A stretch of 56,692 bases of DNA from Rhabdochlamydiaceae bacterium (GTDB lineage Bacteria; Chlamydiota; Chlamydiia; Chlamydiales; Rhabdochlamydiaceae): the NCBI GenBank assembly GCA_027365315.1, contig DAHXNQ010000091.1, positions 1 to 56,692 of the forward strand, in the 5' to 3' direction. Positions 53,633 through 56,692 of this stretch are shown here, piece after piece; the first letter of the stretch is position 1, and each line of letters opens with the position of its first letter. The notes under the pieces are model-generated. The model was not told the DNA's origin. It searched no databases and saw only the letters and a program-made list of their open reading frames with translations. The position numbers and the translations under genes were made by a program.

Positions 53633-54600
53633 ATCTCTCCTAGCTGCCTCAGTCCAAGAAGCGCCTCGCGCAGCAGCGTAGCATCGCCAATATGGTGACA
53701 GTAGACCGTAACGAGGGCGCACGAGTGCAGCGCCCTGAGGCGCGCCAGCTGCCAGGTGGCGCTAGAGATCTCGCCATAGGCTCTGCGAAAAATTCCGTGT
53801 GCAGAGGGGGGCAAAAAGCTATGCACGATCGATAGGTCGAGCGCTGGATCGCCTATCTGTACATCGCCCCAATCGATGATGCCAGCCAGCCTGTGCTCGC
53901 GGTCCACCAGCAGATGGCGCATGTAGAGATCGCCATGCACGATGACGCTGCTGACAGGCAGAGGCAGCTGGGGGATCGAATCCAAGATTGGCTGCCACGG
54001 CTTCACACTTTCGATCAGTCGCAATACCAGCGCTTCAGCGAGGTTCTGCTCGATGCGCTCTTTCAGATTCTTCGCATTCAGTTTCAGCAGGGGATCAGTG
54101 GGTAGATTAGCCCGCTCTCCCTCTTCTAGTGGCAGTGCATGCAGCGCAGCCAGAAAGCGACCAAGCGGCTCTGCCATATCGATCCGCTCCGCCTCGGAGA
54201 GTCCCGCGCCGCATGCGGTGCAGCCAGGCAGCATGCGGTAGCCGGTAAAGGGCCACGGATAGTCCTCTGTCGGATGTCCCACATAGACCGGTCGAGGCAC
54301 CGGAAGAGGCAGACGATCTGCAATGCGCGGCAGTAGCAGCGTCTCCGCCTTGAGAAGAGCCACCGCGATCTGCCTGCGAGGAAAACGAAAGAGCCACTCC
54401 TCATCGACAAGATAGGCGCTATTGTCCCATCCATTGCCTAGCAGCCTGAGACGCGAGCAGGGCAATTCTGGAAACTGCCCCGCCAGCAGAGCGCGCACCT
54501 GCTCCTCGCCAATCACCCTCTCTGCTTCCCAAGCCTTTCCCACCTTCCCACCTATCTTTGACAACCATGGTGCCGGAAATTCCCATATCGATCGAGACAA
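53629..54600 (-). CDS. APH/choline-kinase-family phosphotransferase
   Basis: The catalytic loop VIVHGDLYMRHLLVD and IIDWGDVQIGDPALDL are present. Confidence 0.85.
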   Translation of the reverse strand: MSRSIWEFPAPWLSKIGGKVGKAWEAERVIGEEQVRALLAGQFPELPCSRLRLLGNGWDNSAYLVDEEWLFRFPRRQIAVALLKAETLLLPRIADRLPLPVPRPVYVGHPTEDYPWPFTGYRMLPGCTACGAGLSEAERIDMAEPLGRFLAALHALPLEEGERANLPTDPLLKLNAKNLKERIEQNLAEALVLRLIESVKPWQPILDSIPQLPLPVSSVIVHGDLYMRHLLVDREHRLAGIIDWGDVQIGDPALDLSIVHSFLPPSAHGIFRRAYGEISSATWQLARLRALHSCALVTVYCHHIGDATLLREALLGLRQLGEI

Positions 54601-54614
54601 GAGAGGTAAGACTT

Positions 54615-55529
54615 CTACTCTTGGGCGCTCGTGGTACGTCCATCTCCGATGTAGACGACTTTGTTAGAGAAATCTAAAAAGAGCATCTGTTTTTCTAGGA
54701 AATCTATCCCCAAGATGCCATCGATGTCATCCAGTTCATCCGAGATCTCAATGAGGTATAGGTTGATAGGGCCGAACTCCTTTCCACCTATGATCAACTG
54801 AGAGGAGACATAGTAGGGCAGCCCATGTTCATTTTTTAGGCAGGCAGCGCTATCGGGAATGAGCGATGAGCGGATGATATTCACAGTTGCCCCTGTATCG
54901 ATAACAAACTTCTTGATCCCAAGATCGGTGGATATGTGGAGTGTCACTCCTAAGGAGGTCGTAGTGAAGGGAACGCGAGTCAGTCGATCTACAGGATGGC
55001 CCCTTTTCTTCAGGTCGTCCAGGGTGCTACAGAGGACCAATTGAGAATGAGGGAAGTCCAGGAACAGATTTTTCCTCCTGAACAGCGCCCTTCCTATCGA
55101 TCCCGACCTCTTAAAAGGGAGATTGGATCGACCCTCCCATAAAGTCGTATTGAGTGTGAATTCGTCACTTTCGGTCTTGGCAAATACAGAGGGTAAAACT
55201 AGATCTCCGATCTGCATTTCGGGTATGAGGTAGCAGGGCGAAGTGTACTCATTTCCCAGCACATCGATCCACGAACGCTCTCCCCATGGAATTTTGCCTA
55301 TCTCCGAGAGTACGCTGCTTTGCAACGTCATTTGGAAAACGCTTCCTAGATCGATCCCGATAGGATAGGTCTTCCCGTCAAATGATACCTCGATGGTGGG
55401 GATGCGAAAGCTATCGTAAGTGATAGGTTGTACGAGATAGTCAGGCCGCGTAGAAGCGTACCACCAATAAGCAGCTGTTGAGACCGCGCATAAGAAGATC
55501 AGCAGAGTTAAAGAAGCAAGCCGTTTCAT
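54615..55529 (-). CDS. Membrane-anchored bilobal retropepsin-like aspartic protease
   Basis: An N-terminal TM is followed by two retropepsin-like lobes. Lobe 1 has YPIGIDLGS ... GSIGRALFRRKNLFLDF. Lobe 2 has the canonical FVIDTGATVNII ... IDGILGIDFLEKQMLFLDF. Confidence 0.7.
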   Translation of the reverse strand: MKRLASLTLLIFLCAVSTAAYWWYASTRPDYLVQPITYDSFRIPTIEVSFDGKTYPIGIDLGSVFQMTLQSSVLSEIGKIPWGERSWIDVLGNEYTSPCYLIPEMQIGDLVLPSVFAKTESDEFTLNTTLWEGRSNLPFKRSGSIGRALFRRKNLFLDFPHSQLVLCSTLDDLKKRGHPVDRLTRVPFTTTSLGVTLHISTDLGIKKFVIDTGATVNIIRSSLIPDSAACLKNEHGLPYYVSSQLIIGGKEFGPINLYLIEISDELDDIDGILGIDFLEKQMLFLDFSNKVVYIGDGRTTSAQE

Positions 55530-56395
55530 TCTCTCTCTCTGATGTAGACCAGTCCATTTTCGAAGTCGATATAGGTCACATGACGTCGTAGAAAGTCCAT
55601 TCCGAGGAATCCATCAATTTCATCTAATTTTGGAGTGATATAGACAAAGCGAAGTACTTGAGGTCCAAAATCCTTACCACCAATCACCAGCTGAGAGGTA
55701 GTGAGAGTGGGGGGTGGTTCGGACTGTTCAGCTGGCTGCCGAAGGCAAGAGAGATTAGCCGCTGTGGTAAGATCCAGTTTTTTGATTCCCAAGTCGGTCT
55801 TGCAGGATAGAATGATTCCCGTTCGTCCCAACTCAAAGGGGATCTTAGTCATCTCCTCTAGGCGATAGCCGAGGGACGGCAGAACTTTTTTGTCGTTGCA
55901 TGCAACAATAGCGGAGTTTTTGAAGTCTAGGAGAAGGTTCTGTTGCGATAGTAACGGCTGCCCCATTGACCCATATTGTTCGTCTAGAGATATTTTTTTC
56001 TCTAAAACTAAAATGTTTTTAAACTTAAGTTCGCCAACTTTCAGCTCTTTTATATAGAACGTGAGACATTCAGTCTCGTCTCCTTTTACATTTCTTAACG
56101 TAGTGGTTCCAGCTTCAGTTTTTTCCAGCTGAGTCAGCAATTGCTTGCTAAGCGCCAATGGATATTTGCTGCCGAAATTGATCTCAAGACGGCAGGGAAT
56201 TCCTTGGATGGCTGTTCGTGTGAATGGACTGCCATCAGCATCTAGCTCTACAAAGAGGTGGGAAACTTTAGGCGAGCGGGGGGTAAAGTAGCTGAACAAG
56301 CCAATCCCTCCACCCAGCACGAGGAGGAGAGCGCAGCATTTCCCGCGCCAGCCCCCCCAAAAGCGTCCGCTTCGCTCTGTCATGACGATTACCAT
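55526..56395 (-). CDS. Paralogous bilobal retropepsin-like protein with degenerate catalytic motifs
   Basis: The architecture matches 54615..55529 (…IDGFLGMDFLRRHVTYIDF). However, the catalytic positions read LEINFGS and KLDLTTAAN instead of D(T/S)G. ATGA overlap with the downstream paralog. Confidence 0.6.
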   Translation of the reverse strand: MVIVMTERSGRFWGGWRGKCCALLLVLGGGIGLFSYFTPRSPKVSHLFVELDADGSPFTRTAIQGIPCRLEINFGSKYPLALSKQLLTQLEKTEAGTTTLRNVKGDETECLTFYIKELKVGELKFKNILVLEKKISLDEQYGSMGQPLLSQQNLLLDFKNSAIVACNDKKVLPSLGYRLEEMTKIPFELGRTGIILSCKTDLGIKKLDLTTAANLSCLRQPAEQSEPPPTLTTSQLVIGGKDFGPQVLRFVYITPKLDEIDGFLGMDFLRRHVTYIDFENGLVYIRERE

Positions 56396-56692
56396 TTTGC
56401 GGAGAGTCCGCCCTCGATTTTGCCTGTGGTTTGACCATCTCTATCGCGAGATCCTTCCACAGTAAGTCCCGCAGAATAGGTTACACCACTCTCACTCCGT
56501 TCGTAGATACTCACACTTCCTGTTACAGTAGAAGTGCCTTCGAAGTCTTGTCCTCCTTTCACTTCAACCTGCCCATGAGTACTCAAGATGAGAAGGTGGC
56601 TATCTTGCCAACGCCCATGAGCCGACCAAGAATTGCTATCATCTAGATAGGGATGCTGTTCTGTAATAGAGGTGAGGATCCCCGCATATCCA
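56389..56692 (-). CDS. 3' end of a protein that runs off the right edge
   Basis: My own translation shows the frame open from base 56691 down to the stop at 56389: ...GYAGILTSITEQHPYLDDSNSWSAHGRWQDSHLLILSTHGQVEVKGG...GKIEGGLSAKW. It overlaps the next gene's start by 7 nt. Confidence 0.5.
   Translation of the reverse strand, partial: GYAGILTSITEQHPYLDDSNSWSAHGRWQDSHLLILSTHGQVEVKGGQDFEGTSTVTGSVSIYERSESGVTYSAGLTVEGSRDRDGQTTGKIEGGLSAKW

Noticed and set aside
1-56692. A search for integrase, transposase, IS inverted repeats, rRNA, tmRNA, RNase P or SRP RNA signatures.
   Set aside because: I recognised none by eye. The islets therefore lack an obvious mobilisation gene within this window.

Overview
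The window looks like a GC-rich chromosomal segment from a Chlamydiae-like (PVC) bacterium. Four things support this. There is a Pmp-type autotransporter with a GGAI motif and FxxN motifs. The order orphan groEL paralog ... murF-mraY-murD-LysM-ftsW ... murG-murC-ftsQ-like matches my memory of C. trachomatis CT755-CT764. No ftsA/ftsZ follows ftsQ. There is a regulatory PTS (hprK-ptsH-ptsI) with no EII. Other core genes are dnaX-ybaB, a PgpH-like 7TM-HD protein, rsmI, tRNA-Cys, miaA, rsbV, nadD-rsfS, fabF and an ABC-F ATPase. Lower-GC accessory islets sit between them. These are Phd/Doc and HigB/HigA-like TA pairs with palindromic operators, and a DUF4431-like plus DUF3892-like pair. A 4.9-kb orphan-gene island splits ftsW from murG and carries tandem 'IWPWG' paralogs. 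There is also a polymorphic-toxin-like gene with a coupled candidate immunity gene. A pmp cassette is bracketed by a 238-bp duplication of the miaA 3' end. A smaller insertion is bracketed by a duplicated ftsQ 3' end. A dispersed 70-nt element lies next to three of these islets. A TPP riboswitch precedes an MHS-type MFS transporter. A tightly coupled operon encodes two bilobal retropepsin-like proteins. I saw no integrase, transposase, CRISPR array or rRNA. All family names come from motif recognition by eye, because no searches could be run.
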